Source of the DNA: Patellaria atrata CBS 101060
Lineage: Eukaryota
Length of the DNA stretch: 64,000 bases
Assembly (NCBI GenBank): GCA_010093705.1
Contig: MU006096.1
Coordinates: forward strand, 1,324,004-1,388,003
Direction: 5' to 3'
Below, one piece after another: positions 22,071 to 35,910 of this stretch. The position numbers and the translations under genes were made by a program. Position 1 is the stretch's first letter. The number at the start of each line of letters is the position of its first letter. The notes beneath the pieces were generated by a model. The model was not told the origin of the DNA. It ran no database searches and saw only the letters and a list, made by a program, of their open reading frames with translations.

Positions 22071-23537
22071 TTACACAACACTCTGCTCCATCTCCGTGAT
22101 ATAAAGTCTAATATGCGCCTCCATCTTCGCATACTCCTCCCTCGCCCCCGCAACCTCACTCTCCAACGCATCCCTCAACTCCGCCATCTTCTTCTCAATC
22201 TGCTCAATGCGGACCCTCCTCCTCTCGACCTCCCGTGCCTTCTCCCCCCTCTCCTCACTCAACCTCCCATGCACGCCCCTCAACTCCTCCATCCGTCTCC
22301 GTGCCGCGTCAGCCTTATCCTCCGCCCCCTGCCTCAGCTTCCCCGTGCGTGCGGCGATGTTGGCGAGCTGCTTCGCCAGCAGACGTTCCTGGCGCTCGAT
22401 GTCGCGGACGTGCGCCGAGCGCGAGGACAGCGCATCTCTGTGGCGAGCCGCCTTCTGAAGCTCTTCCTCCTCGCGGCCGAGGTCGGTCGAGAGATCGGTG
22501 AGGAGACGGAGGAGGGAGTAGACGTCAGCGGTGAGAACGGCAAAGGTGTCGGCGGAGGCACCCAGCGCCCTGGTACGCCGGTCGAGGGCTTCGATGGCGT
22601 GTTTGTCCGTCGTGAGGGAGGCGTTGAGGTCGCGGAGGTTACTTTCGAGGGCTGCGGGGGACTGTTGCGTGTATGGGCGGAGTTTGGAGGCTTCTTGTTT
22701 CACGAGGAGTGTTTGAGTGGTTTGCGCCTCAAGGTGCGATTTCAGTCGTTTCTGCTCCTCGCGGAGCCGTTCCAGTTTCTCGGCTACGCGCTCCTGCCCG
22801 TTTTTCAGGTCGATCAGCCGTTGTTTCAGCTCGGTGTTTTTGCGCTCTTTTTCGCGCATCGCCGCTTCCGTTGCTTTCCGGTTGCGCTCGAGGTCGCTGA
22901 GGACGGTGTTGAGGTTGGCGTTGTCGGTGTAGAGCTGCTCGATCCGGAGTTTGGTCCTCTCTGCTTTGTTGAAGTGCTCGTCGATCACACCCGTCTGGCT
23001 CTCCCTGAACCGGATGAAGTTGATGATGTAGCTGAATATCTTGACCAGCCGCCCGTGACTCGGTTTGTACAGATCGTTAAATGTGAAATCAGGTATGCCG
23101 CATTCTGCTAGTAGTTTCCTGAGAACGACGAAGAAGCCCATGAGATCGCGCGTGTCGGCTGTGAAGATGCGGTCGGCGTCGGGCCCGCATAAATCCTCGG
23201 CGGCTGCTTTCATGGCCGGCGCAACGACTTCCCGCGTCGTGTTCATGAGCAGCTCGGCGAACCATTCGAAGACCTTTTGGATGAGCTGTGGTTGAGGCTT
23301 TTGCAGGTCTGCGACGGTGAAGTTGACGCCAATGTCGCTGATACAGCCGGCGATTTCTCTGTCGGGCTGGTGATAATGTTAGAATGCTTATTTGATTTGG
23401 GTCATGTTGGGAATTTGAGAGCATGGAAGGGATTGGAAGCGTACCAGTGTCATGAATGCATCGCTTTCTTCTTGTTGACGTCGTTGATTGTTGTTCGAGG
23501 TGCCGCGCGCGGTACTCATGCGCCCGTGGAAATCCAT
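22071..23537 (-). CDS. NUF2: Kinetochore protein Nuf2. Exons 23537-23445 and 23366-22071
   Basis: AFMTLPDREIAGCISDIG..DLQKPQP, CGIPDFTFNDLYKPSHGRLVKIFSYIINFIRFRE (CH domain), then a long coiled coil. Confidence 0.95.
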
Positions 23538-23649
23538 GGTTATAAATATCGATCCAAGTATTATTGCTCGCTCTGGTCGTTTTGTTATATTAGAGCAGTA
23601 TCTTAAAGCCGGGTGCGTCGAAAATTGAAGTTAAGGTTGGCTCTTGGCT

Positions 23650-23710
23650 GCGCGTAAACAAACAACCTGAAGCGGTTGCGGGGATATACCGCTATCACGT
23701 GACTGTAAAC
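23650..23710. promoter_or_regulatory. Candidate forkhead sites (GTAAACAAA, TGTAAACA) and a CGCGT MCB-like core upstream of NUF2
   Basis: gcgcgtaaacaaaca at about 23650-23664 and tgtaaaca at about 23704; fits cell-cycle control of a kinetochore gene (inference). Confidence 0.45.
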
Positions 23711-24295
23711 ATGTTATCATTGGAATCATTTAATTCACGATAGCTTTTCAAAACCAAGATTACAAATTCCTACAAAGTCCCTACAGCCAAACTAAAACAG
23801 ATAAAGTACCACACTCAATGGTTGAAACAATCCGGAGAAGAAGTGGTTTAGATAGATCGTTTCTTAGAATGTGTTTCTCCTCCACCGTTGCACCTTGGAA
23901 GATGCAGTCCCTTTTTCTCCTCCCTGCCTACCCTACGTCCATCGCTGCCGCCCAATCAACAAATCAGGTAAACAAAACACAACTGGGGAATATGAAGGTG
24001 TTGCAGAAAACGCCGGTTCCAAGTGGTTGAAGGGAAGGAAAAAGAGGCTTTGAGCGATGGCAATGAGACATAGGAAAGGTTGATATCGAGAAGCGAACTG
24101 ACTACGACGACAGGAGAGAAAGAGATGGAAAATCTCGGAATCGGCGGAAGTCAAGAAGAGATACGTCATCATAGGAAGTGGCCTTCATTATTATGAAAGT
24201 ACCATTACTGGAAAATATATGTCAGTGACTCTGGTAAAAATTTAAGAAAAGATGATATGGTGATATCAACTTACCTTGAACCAAACCCCACTACT

Positions 24296-25786
24296 CTATA
24301 AGAAATATGGTACGATAGCACTATGGACTGTTAAAACCCAGCGATATCATAACGGGATGTTGAGAATACTCACCCTATAGCCAAAGTAGCTCCAATTCCC
24401 AACGCGGCCCTAAACCGCACCTTATCCTTTCTTGTCTCCTCCACCACCTTCGCCTTCTTAGCAGGCGCCTCTAATGGCCTTTCTCCATCTTCATCCATTT
24501 CTACCTCCTCTGCTTTCCGTTTGCTCCGCTTGGTTGGTTTAAGCGTATCAGATCGCGACGACTCAAGCTTCTTTGCCTCTTCAACCATCTCCGTAGCCTT
24601 CGCAAGCATCGCTTCTGGCGACTCTGGGAGTGGCAAAGTAGGTGCATCGGCCGGCATGTCAATCTTGACCGCGGTGGTAGTCGTCTCTACATCACCGTTC
24701 TTTTCTACGGTCTCGTCGACTTGGACGCGAATGGTCTCAGGCGGGAGAGTATCAGGCTGCGGGGTGGGTGTTACTTCACCGTTGACGCTTTCAGACACGA
24801 CGGATTCGGTCGCTTGAGAAACCTCAGTGCCATTCTCTAGCGCAATTTGTAAAGCCGATGATGCTATGGAAGCCGCAGATGGCTCTGTCTTAGCCACCTT
24901 CTTCACGCGAGGTTTACGAGGTGATGCGATCTTACGACTAGGCGTCGCGATCTTAGATGGAGACACCGAGCGCATTTCGCGTTTGCTCCTCCTTACGGAA
25001 GCTGTGTTAGCAGACTGAGGAGGTAGGAGCGCGCCCTTCTCTGGTAGAACGAATTTGGGTGGTGTCGCGATATCGTGTTTCTTATCTTTCGTACCGGGTT
25101 CAATAGCTTCTGGGTCGAGTAGTGCGACGATCCAAGTTGTCATGCCATATTCTTCGGCTAATTTCAGAGCTGTATGAAGGGTCAGGAACGAAATGTGCCG
25201 ACCGAGATCGGATGGTGCGTACCTTGTTCGGGCGCGATCCAAACGTTACCTGCGACCTCTTCAGGGCCAGAGGTGGGAAGGTTTTTGTGGTATTTACGCT
25301 CCGTTTCCTCTTCTTCACTAGAGGCCCACGGGAATGCGGCTTTGAACATGCCCGTCGCGCTTATAAAACCGTCACTGCTCCTACGCTGTGAATTTCTCGA
25401 GTTAACCGCCGTTGTGAATGGAATTTCCTTGCGCGTTCCCTACCATTAAAAAGTAAGATTCCGGATATGCATTATTCTTCTGCAGAGAAAATATTCCTGA
25501 GCCCTTCAAGTCCTTCGGGAGAGGTACTCGAAGGTGCGCATAATCAAAGACTCCGAGATTCTCTGAACGCGATGAAGGGGTGACGCCAATCTGACCAGGT
25601 CGGACGGAAAGGTTCGTTTGTCCTAATCTTCGTCGTTCGACAAGTATTTCGACTATTGAATTAAAGTGAGCGATGTCATCTTCGGTATAGATTTGAGCGC
25701 CCATTGAGGACATTCTTACCTTGAGGTGTATGCTCCGGCGCAATCAGAGGATTCCGTAGAGCGGGAAGTTGCCGCTTATGAACCAT
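24296..25786 (-). CDS. BQT4: Bqt4-like APSES/KilA-N DNA-binding protein with C-terminal tail anchor. Exons 25786-25720, 25652-25444, 25385-25223, 25169-24374, 24320-24296
   Basis: [48 protein letters not shown] (KilA-N fold); C-terminal hydrophobic [19 protein letters not shown]. Confidence 0.82.
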
Positions 25787-27149
25787 TTTGACACTCTATA
25801 AGGATGTTTCTAGCAATTCCGATGCTTAATTCGACAATGCGATGGCGTTGAAAGTCCACAATGGTAAAAGATACCTCTGATGGTGTACCTTTGCGCGCGA
25901 ACCGGTGAGGACAGGTCAGCGTTCCCCCTGTCGCAGAGCGAATCGGACGTCAAACAAAAACGGCCGTGACAAGGCGAGAGCTATCGTCCATCAACCCAAT
26001 GGAGGATCAGATAGGAAGAATTTGTATATTCTCGAGAGTAATACAAAGTATAAGTGGTGGACAGCAGTAGTGTTGAGAAGAATTGGACGAAGCTTTGATG
26101 CTCATTCAGTGTCATTCAGGCTACTCCCTACCTAGAACTTAGCACTTTTCACTGCCGAATGGGCTGGAAGGCTGGGCGGTGGTTGGTTCAAATGATGGTG
26201 CGGAGGAACGTGTCCAACAGGGTCTGGTCAAACTTCCCCCCAACTTCCCCCACAACCAAGAAGACATCACCCTCGAGAACAGTCCCGAGTTGAAATTACC
26301 ATCTACCTGCATCATGTATCACAATGGGATAGCAGAGTGATTTAATTGATGCATTCACTAGACCGCGTAAAGTAAGCAAGTAGAACTAAGCTGATGGTCC
26401 GAGAACCGGTTCTCCTCAAGGATACTATCTTAGTACACTAGGTGTTTTAAGGGGAGAAGTATTGAAAGGGTCTCCTTTGTTCACGATAAGATCTTACTGT
26501 GTCCTATTGTTTCATGATACAATAAAATACCTGTAGTATGTTAATCATTCTTGAAGAATTGTGGTAAAGAAACAGGAACCCCCTTTCCAACCATATCCCT
26601 TTCCCCTATTTGAGCACTCCTCACTTACCGTGGGTTTCCCCTAATTCCATCTCTGCGCTCTACCGCACAAGAAAAGGATACATGTCGTGTTCCAACAATT
26701 CCATCAAACTAATAGTATACATACGCTTATTGCACACCCTCCTCTATACGGCGTCTCTAGCTTTCCTGTACAGGAAACTCCTAAATATACGGGAGACCCT
26801 TAACCGTACAGACAGTAGAGGATGTTTGATGCTGCGAAAGAAATAATCTCCTACTTGTTGTTTAGAGGATTCGTACGACTTCAGATGGCATACCGTCCTG
26901 ATGATTCTTCCAGTCACCAAAACTTCGATATTACTTAGAAGAGATACCTCTACGCTGATCATAACAGTTTCGAAGTAGCAAACTCAGTGCGGAGGTTGTT
27001 GATAAAGGGAAATCAGATCGATATTCACCTATGAATCCAATGTGGTTTCAAATGAGTTTTCATTATGATATTATACAGTAGATTTTTTCATAGCTATACT
27101 GCCTTTATCAACCTTTTAGAAAAGAACATGATGTTGATGATGTATAGGG

Positions 27150-28104
27150 ATATGATATAAAACTTGAGGCTCATTGCAGGGCATCTTAAAAAAGGAGATA
27201 GAAATGAATGATACATATTCCGATCAAGGATTGTCAGAGCGCCTAGAATAAGAACATGAATCAATTGATGTTGCAGCTCTTGGTGCCTACCGGTTTAAGT
27301 TGGGTATTGGCCCGCCAATCCTGCTAACTGCCTCTCACTTTTCTGATATAAGAGCCATGAAAACTGCCTGGAGTAACAGCCGAAACCTACTAATCATGAT
27401 AATCAGCAATTGTATGAAGCGTGAGAGTTGTCGATAAGGAATGAACATACAGAAGCGGCCACTCTGTGGACTTCGGGGGCGCCAATCATAAATCACTGAG
27501 TCTGAAAGTTGTGTTGACCTATCAGGTTATCGAGTAGGCAGATCGTGGACACCATGATATATATTTGTCTCGAGGTCATCTGATGTTGTGATGTCGAACG
27601 ATATGCAGGGGAACCAAAACCAGAACCCATATTTTTGAATCGGGTATGGGAGCCATTCCAATGGGGGCATCAATCCATGAATTGTTAACGCTGTGCAATT
27701 TCCAAAACGTGCCGCTAACTCTATGTTCATAAATTGTGGTCCGCTGGTGAGAAATACCGCAAACTCATGGTTAGTTCGGAACACCAGAAGGTCCATTTTA
27801 TGTAAGATAGTTCCTTGAAACCAAAAGTCGAGCTGACTACCGTAACTAGAAATTCTTTCCTCCAAGAGAGCGTTGCCCATTGTGAATGCATTGGCATTAT
27901 CGTCTTTTTCGAGCCGCGAAAGGAATTTATTGGGAGGTATCTCAGCACACTCGAGAAGAATATAAAACACCGATTTGTATGGTGTGATTGCGGTCCCCCC
28001 GAAGTAAAAGAAGGACGAATGTCGATTCCATCTTCATATCTGGCTGAAGTTAGGGCAAGGATAGGTCCGGTTACTAGACTCATACGCCTATTAATCTCCT
28101 CCAT
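27150..28104 (-). pseudogene. Degraded hypothetical gene (frameshift and premature stops)
   Basis: Two overlapping ORFs (28104-27727, 27970-27527) suggest a frameshift near 27970. The reading continues past the TAA at 27527 (PDRSTQLSDSVIYDWRPRSPQSGRF) into a GTATGT..TAG intron, then further stops. Confidence 0.4.
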
Positions 28105-28686
28105 TCCTCCTGCATCATCGATGTGAACCCCCTGGTGCCATCTTCGAGACTATTTCGTGCTCTGTAGTAGCAAGGCACAGGAAATCCTTTCATACACCCA
28201 AAGGGGGTTGCAGTCAGCTGGACCTAGGGGACTTGTTTGCGACTGGTGGGGCTTTCTGAGGCTTAGTCTTCCGTCAGTTCAGATATACTTCATAGAACCT
28301 TAGGGGGTTATACCTATACAATTCTGGGAGTAGTGGTACAGTTCGGACAATCCGTACGCATACCGTACGGTGGGGGTTTGTTGGTGACCGTTTGACTATG
28401 AGCGAGCTCAGGTATGGATTCCGTACATTGATGGAAAGTATCTGTACAGCAGGTCCATGTCGAGGAGTGAGGTCGGGAATAGTAGCAGGAGCGATTTATT
28501 CTAAATGCTGTTGTAAATAGTAGTCTGCAAGAACAATGAAAAGGATGCTCTTTGGAAATTGAAATGCAACTGGAAGGAAGATCTCACGCGTATCTATATC
28601 GACAGTGACTTAATTTCAAACAGTGATACATTCTGTCTATGGCATTCTCTCTACGCCTGCGGCTATATGATGAACAAGGAATCAAT

Positions 28687-29945
28687 TTACCAATCCTTCT
28701 TGATGTCGAATGACCACTCGAACTGCAGATGGGTGACGTTATCGTCATCAATGAATCTAGAAGTAGCTTTGTAGTGACCGCGAGCAACCATTCCGGAAGG
28801 AGCGGTCTCTTCGTTGACTGCCGTTTTGTGAGTCTACGTGTTCGACATGTATAGGTAGGAGTTTTACTCACATCGCTTCTCGTAGGAAGGTTTATCTGTT
28901 GTGTTTGGGCTGTATGAACCCTGAATCGAGTCAGTAAAGACACTGGTGACGTAGAATCACATTATTTGAGCTTACAATCATCTCTTGAATCTTATTGCTC
29001 AAACCCATTCGCTTGGCTACCTGGATGTACTTCAAACCCGATAAAATTTGATGTTGTACTTTGAAGGTGGCCTTCATACGGAAGGTCGCGCCTTCCTTGA
29101 TCGTGAATGGCTTGTCCTTTAACGATTCGATAGCACCGGGTTGCTTCAAGTCGATGATGATATCGGGGCGGCCTGGGACCTATGAAGTGACTTTTCAGCA
29201 TCAGCAAGATATACAATTATGGCATAAATACTTACTTCTAAACCGAGTGATAGAATGATGACTTTACGCGGATCGCTAGGGTCAGAGATACTTGTGCCAG
29301 TTCCCAGACCCAGGGACTCCTTCCATTTTCTGAGGGATTCATCGTTTGCATCTAGTAGGGTCCCGTTAGCTTTGTGAGCCAGGTTAAAAGTAAGTATAAT
29401 GATAGGATAGTGCTCAGTCTCGCAAGGAATCAGATCTATTGTAAAACGGGACGTAGAGAAGATTCGAATGATGTTGGTTCAGGATTTACTCTAATGATAG
29501 TGATTTTTTGTATACATTCCGATGGCCCAGAAAATCATTGCTTGAGTGAGAGCTACAGGGACCCTTAAGTAGCGAACAGGTGAGATTTGGCCTGTGATAT
29601 AAGTTCCGGGAAACTTTTGGTCCTGGTGCGACGTTGATTTTACATAGATGTCGGACAGGAACAGGCTCGATTTGCTGAGGAGTAAAAGAATGACTGAGCA
29701 ACGCTCCGTCGATGAGCCATATGGACAATGGTAGTCTTGCTCAAGGAGTAACTCTAGGAGGGGTCCTCACAGTGCTGTGGGTCATGGAAAGTAGAAAATT
29801 GTTGACTCTGAAGAGAAATAGAGCGTCCATGGAACTGTGCCTTACCCAGTTGCTGATACTCATTGATATCCTTAGCTTCTGAGACTTTGAATCCAGCAGT
29901 CTGCTCTGGAGCTAACTCATCATCGTGTGCCTGGCCTGACGACAT
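28687..29945 (-). CDS. RDI1: Rho GDP-dissociation inhibitor, 5 exons (intron 1 is 29845-29352)
   Basis: DANDESLRKWKESLGLG, PFTIKEGATFRM..LSGLKYIQ, GSYSPN, APSGMVARGHY..FEWSFDIKKDW*. Confidence 0.96.
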
Positions 29946-30477
29946 ATTCAGGCGTTAGTATTCGTGATATGTTCTTAATCTGAATTTGTGGGAATAGGTT
30001 GATGGTTCAAATATCAAAAGTTGAGCGTTGCTCGCGTTCAAATATTTACCCCACACTGACCTTGCCAAAACATAGTGGGGGCTGTAAGTCGTCTCACCGC
30101 TGTTACATGTTAACTTCAACTGTTATAAAAAGTATCCGTCACGTGCGATACTAATTTTACATTACTTCTACTGCAATATACTTTAGTGATATGCATTAGT
30201 GAGGCATGGAAGGTTCTGCATCGCATCAACATTAGGATTACTAATAGGTGTACTCTATCCAACTACCATACCACCACCCTACTTTAGTTGGAGAATGTTA
30301 AAAAAGAAATGCTCCTGGGAATCATCAACATTCAGGTCCAATAAAGAGATAAAAAATAATAAATGTATGAATGGAAGAGTATGAGAAAGCTTCCGAATGG
30401 AAGATAGAGCAGTAGAAACCCAAGGGTATATCCGTGAAACAATCCCTCCACACTGAAAGTCCTTACCGAATCTTCTC

Positions 30478-33400
30478 CTACAACATATCTGTCTTTCTCC
30501 TACGAGAACTCTCCTTGTCTTTCTCTAATCCACCCTTAATGATCGCTGTCCAGTCCTCCCACTCCTTGGCCATCTCAGTTAAGACATTTCCCATAACCAT
30601 AGCACTGGCCATCAATCCATGGCCTTCACCCTCTAGAATCCTCACTTCGCACCTCTTCATCGTGCGCCCTAACCATTTAACATTCTCGACGGGCACTCTG
30701 GTATCTCTGCTACCGTGGTGTATCACGACGGCTCGCGTGATGTCGACGTACCTGAATCCAATGGGTTGTGTACGTTCGAGACAGACCAGTAGATCAACCG
30801 CAGGGTTTGCATTACTTGTTGCGTGATCCCAAATTGATAGTGTGAGGCGAGCGTCAAGGTAGCGCTGACGTTCTTTTTCCGCTGCGGTTTGGGCTGCCTT
30901 GGCCTGTTTGGCGGCCTCGTGGTTTGGATCATTAGGGTCCCTAGCCGCGATCGATATCTTGCTGGTATTCGGCATCATCTGATCCATCAACATTATAGAG
31001 TCTCTGCGGTTGTTCGCTAGATTACCGGGGCGAGGTGTTGGTGCATCTCGTCCTACACTTCGACGCTTATTGCGTTGTGGAGATTTAGGGACACTTCGAG
31101 TGATGCTTGCGCTTGTCGCGGACATGAATGTTGAATTTGCGACTTTCAAGAACGGAGTTGGAAGAACTCGCAAAAAGCGTTGCCCTCTCGGTAGTTGACC
31201 ACCTGGAGGAAGATCTGGAGCCAGTCCAATTGACGACATTTGGGATGGAGGTATCCAGGGAGCCAAAAGATGCACACGGCCACGTATATGTTGAGGCATT
31301 CGTAGTGCAGTGGCAAGCGCATAGATTGCACCAGCGGAATGAGCCATGATGGAAAATTTGCTGATCTTAAGTGCAGCGCAAATGGCCGCTACATCATCTG
31401 TATTATACATTAGCCATAATGTCTAGGAGCGGGAACAGAAAGTGGACCCACCAGGCCATGCGAGGGGAGTGCCAGCTGCGTGTGCCTGGCTCTCCCCAAC
31501 CCCAGGTCGATCGGGTGTGATCAACCTCAGCTTTAAACTTATAGCCAATTCATCATAAAATGCAGTGATGTACCGCGTCAAACCCATACCAACGCAACAG
31601 AAGACGGCGTATCCATTTGGATCACCAACTTCTGAGAATGATATTATACGTCCAGTCTGGGGATGTCGCACCTTCTGAGATAGTCGAGATGCATTAAGGA
31701 AACGGTCCACGTCAATGTCAATTGAATCCACACTAGCAGGCCTTTCCACAATCACAGCTTGTGGCGGTGGAGACTTTGCATTTTGAGCGTCAGCAAGCCT
31801 GTTATGCCTCTGCTCAGCCTTCAACGGAATATCTGGATGAGACCACCTCTTTTTCTGTTTTGGGGCAGCCTGTACCGCAGTTGGCTCCGCGCTCTTCGCT
31901 ATAGTCAATGGATTGAGCGAATGCTCCCTCTGCGTCAACTCAGCGCTCACAGATCGAGGCGGAAGAGTGACGGGAGGGAGATCTTTCCGTACCGTAGGTG
32001 GTTTCTCCAGTATGAGAGAAGCGGTCGCTTGGCGCGAGACCGCTGACCTGCCTCCGACAGCAACTGATTTCCTTTTTTGTATGCCAGTAGTACTTGTCCT
32101 TTGGGAAGACTTATCACTGTTACTTTCTGGTGGAGTAATGTGGTCGAGCGATTGTAGCGCCAATCGGTAATCAATGGGCAACGTCGTCACATCATCTGCA
32201 GATTCGTTACGATTTTCATCCTCTTTGCGGGGCAGAGGATGGAGATTCTGACTAATATCCCCGCTGTCTGGTAAATTCGGGGTAGGTGACACTTTATTAG
32301 TAGGGCTTGGAAGTGTAGGAGCAGGAGAGGTTATTCCGAGAAGTTTATGTGCTTTTTCGATAGTTTTACGTGATCTCTCTTCTGTAAAGCTCGGGGTGCT
32401 GGATGTCGCAGATATTGGAGAAAGAGGGCCCCCTGAAATATCTGAAACAGCATCCGTTTCTTCGGTAGTAGGAGATGTAATGGGTGCTAAACCCCACTGC
32501 TTCTGTCTAGCCTCTTTTTGAGCCTTTAATTGTTTAATACGTCTTGTCACCTCCGTGTCCGACTCGGTGTCTTTCTTCTCTTCATGCGGCAGGTCTTTCT
32601 GAGGCTCCCTTTTCTCTTCTTCCTCTTCAGGAACAGTGGCCGTCCTAGTCGAATCATGGCTTCCGTGTCGCCGGCGTCGTCCACGGCTCCTTGATGAACT
32701 ATCCCTTTGCTTTAAAGATGATGCTCTTTGTGGAACCACCGCCCGGCCTACAACGGGACTATTCCCGCCATTTCGATCGACTGGAGACTTTCCTAAACGC
32801 ACTGGGCTCTTCGAGGATGTTCTCGAGTTGTTTTTGCGTGAGTGGTTCTCTGGCGATGAGTCGAGAGTAGATGGCTCTTCATCGATGGCATTGTCGACGA
32901 AGAACTGTCGTCTCGGACTTCGCGGACTTGGAGGTTGAAAAGTCGTAGTTCGAGCGGAAAGAAGATCTGAACCCGAATTCTTCGTTCGCAACGGTGGTAA
33001 ATTTATAGTCCTGCGGGCTTGTTCCGGTTCTTTACTTCTGAGATGTTCCCGTGAACTCATGTGTTTAAGGATCCTAGCACCTGTAGAGCTCCGTTCACTC
33101 CTGATCGATTCTCTACTCGCAGTTCTTCGCAACCCGTTGTCAATGCTGACATTCCCAATACTACTCGCATCATCACGATCCTTTGTAGAGTTCAAAGATG
33201 TCACGCTGCGGAGAGATCCCGATCGAAGGTAGTTCTTGAGCGAAGAGTCGCAGCTTCTGTCCTTCCTCTTCGGAGCCGTGATAGGTGACAGACCGGAAGG
33301 AGGCGGTGCAGTTTTGATCACAGGTGGTTCTGCTGCGTCGTCTGGATATAGACTGTCGTCCATCATCTGTCGCCTATGTACTCCGTACTCCACCCCAAAA

Positions 33401-33699
33401 CTACCTCCACTAGTCGATGAGCCATTTCCATGAAATGAGTTGTGGGCTAGACCTGGGCTGACAGGCGTAGAGTTACTTTCGCCAACCTTCGGGAGTTGCT
33501 CGAAGTGATCGTAAGCAGGAGCGGAAATGGCCGAGAGGGAATCGATCAGGGAGGAGATGACTTCGGGTGAGGCAGTTTGGGTGCGTATCTGATTCGGCGA
33601 ACGTTTCTTTGAGCGTGTATCAGAGGACGTAGGTAAAGAGCGACGCCTGGGTCGCCTTGTCCGCTCTGGTATCGGAGGTACTGGAGGTTGATCGGCCAT
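30478..33699 (-). CDS. Alpha/beta-hydrolase with long disordered N-terminus. Exons 33699-31452 and 31397-30478
   Basis: RIISFSEVGDPNG..LITPDRPGVGES, nucleophile elbow AHSAG, HGSRDTRVP (Asp), EGEGHGLM (His). Confidence 0.9.
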
Positions 33700-34852
33700 G
33701 TTTGGCTCTAAGGCGATGCCGGGAATGATGGATAAACAGAATGATGCGCGCAATATGTGAAGCGTTGTTATGCCGCCGGTTATACGGTCGTTCTTAAGAA
33801 AATGAGGGTATATAACCGTTATCAGTGCGCTAGATGAAGATTGTAAAGCATTATTTCATTGTAGAACGGCTGGAGTGGTCTCGGGACGTGATTAAAGGGA
33901 TATCGAATGAACTATCGCCACGAACAGAGCACAAAACAGAAAGTTCGGAATGAATGATAATAACGCATGTGGAGAAGAGGATTAGGATGACTTCAAGGAC
34001 GCCGGGTCTCTTGCATTGGCTCCCGTCTGCAGGAGAAATGTGTTCTCGTGAAGATCGATAGCTGCAGATGCCAGGTGAATTCTTAGCGGGGAAAGACGCT
34101 CAGGGGGCGCAAAAGGTCTCCCCTAATGAGCAATTCTAACCCCCCTTGGCACCCCATGTTCCATTTGGTCACACACGTTGCTTCAGACTCAGAGTTCCTT
34201 CAATATGAGATGAGACCTTGACGTTGAAGCAATTGGAATCCACTGCTTTCGCGTGCGTTAATTCTCCGATTTTTATATTGAAAATTTCCTAGCCTCGCTT
34301 TAAGGTGAAGTAGACGTACCGAGCCGTTACAAGCTCCCTTGTGCCCTGTAGCAAACCCTCTCACAGGTCCGTGGCCATATATGATAAGAGATTTATATAG
34401 TGTTATAGGGGCTCGGCCTCAATTTGATTGCATATGTAGACAGGCATATATCCACGTGCTCTGATGGGTTACATAAGCACCTAAAAAGTTTTCGTCTGAT
34501 AAAGAGTGGAGATGGTACTTTGTACATACCATACTGTACACCCAAGCTTCGCAACAGCGAGTCGAAATTCCAACACAGACAGTCCAGCTTCCTCCTCCTT
34601 CACAATCGCATATAAGAATAATAGATACAATACAAGATTACTGGTAGGATTCGAAATATCAGGGGTCATAATGTCTGGTTTCATCACTTCCCCTCCACCA
34701 TGGCCCTTCCCTAGCCAAGATTTCCACACCAAGCGACGTCATACCTATCACAGCTTCCTCACCGCGCAAGACCCCAAAATTAACACAGTTCTCCCTTACA
34801 TGAACCGCATCTGCAACTACATTCCATAGCCAGTTTACGAAAAGTATACACA

Positions 34853-35910
34853 ATGCTTGACACCATCCTCTCCCTCCCCCTTCTCTCCTTCTTCGCCCTT
34901 CCGGCCCTCTCCTCCTGGTCCACCTCACTCAACCTCCTCTTCTTCTACATGACATGGTCTACGCTCGTGCTCTCTCATCCACCTCTCCGCGTCGAAATCT
35001 ACGGCACCCTCTTCATCCGCGTACTATTCTACCTCGTTCCCTCTCTGCTCTTCCTCGCGCTCGACACACTCATTCCGAGTTTGGCAGCTACCCTTAAGGC
35101 GCAGGAAGACTATGCGCTCCCTGGGCGGCTGGGTAGAAAGAAGCTGATGCGGGTGGTTGGTTGGAGTATTTTCAATGTCTTGATGGGCGTCGCGATACAG
35201 ACGGGATTGGAGCTGTTCGTAACGCAGGTGCTGCAGTGGAGGAGTGTGTTGAAAGTGACCACTACGTTACCAGTGCCATGGGGTATTTTCAAAGACCTAG
35301 TAAAGGGATTTATAGTTCGGGGAGTGAGACTTTCTAACGATGATCTATTGCGATGCAGCAGCGCTAATTTCTCCAGACACTTCAGTACTACCTCCACCGC
35401 TACATACTCCACGGGTCCTCGTCCCAGGTCGCCCGTCTGCATCAATCCTGGCAGCACAGTATCCGTGTCCCCTTCGCGCTCGTTGCTAACTACGACCATC
35501 CTCTTCCATGGCTGCTGCAACACTATGTACCCCTCTACATGCCCGCTCTCCTCTTCCGATTTCACATCCTGACCTTCCAGCTCATGCTCGCTCTCGTCTC
35601 ACTGGAGGAAGCTTTCACCTACTCCGGGTACGCAGTCCTACCAAGCACCATCATGCTAAGTGGTATGGCGCGCCGCAGGGATAGACATTTCATGTCCCAA
35701 GGAAAGGGTAACTACGGAGCTGTTGGTGTGCTGGATTGGGTATGTGGGACAACTACTGGAGACGACGTTATGGATGATGTTATGGAGGAGATGGATAAGC
35801 ACAATGTGCAGGAGAGAGCTGGAAGGGCTGTGGAAGGGGCTGGAGATGCGATAAATAACGCAACTGATAGATGGGGAGGAAGGAACAGAAAGGGGAGGGG
35901 CAGAAAATAG
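34853..35910 (+). CDS. Sterol desaturase/fatty-acid hydroxylase superfamily membrane protein with degenerate His boxes. Exons 34853-35323 and 35377-35910
   Basis: Multi-TM N-terminus, YYLHRYILH, YDHP, GNYGAVGVLDWVCGT. Confidence 0.85.

Noticed and set aside
22113..23111. 332-aa ORF antisense to NUF2
   Set aside because: Explained by GC-rich codon usage of the NUF2 coiled coil; no recognisable protein features.
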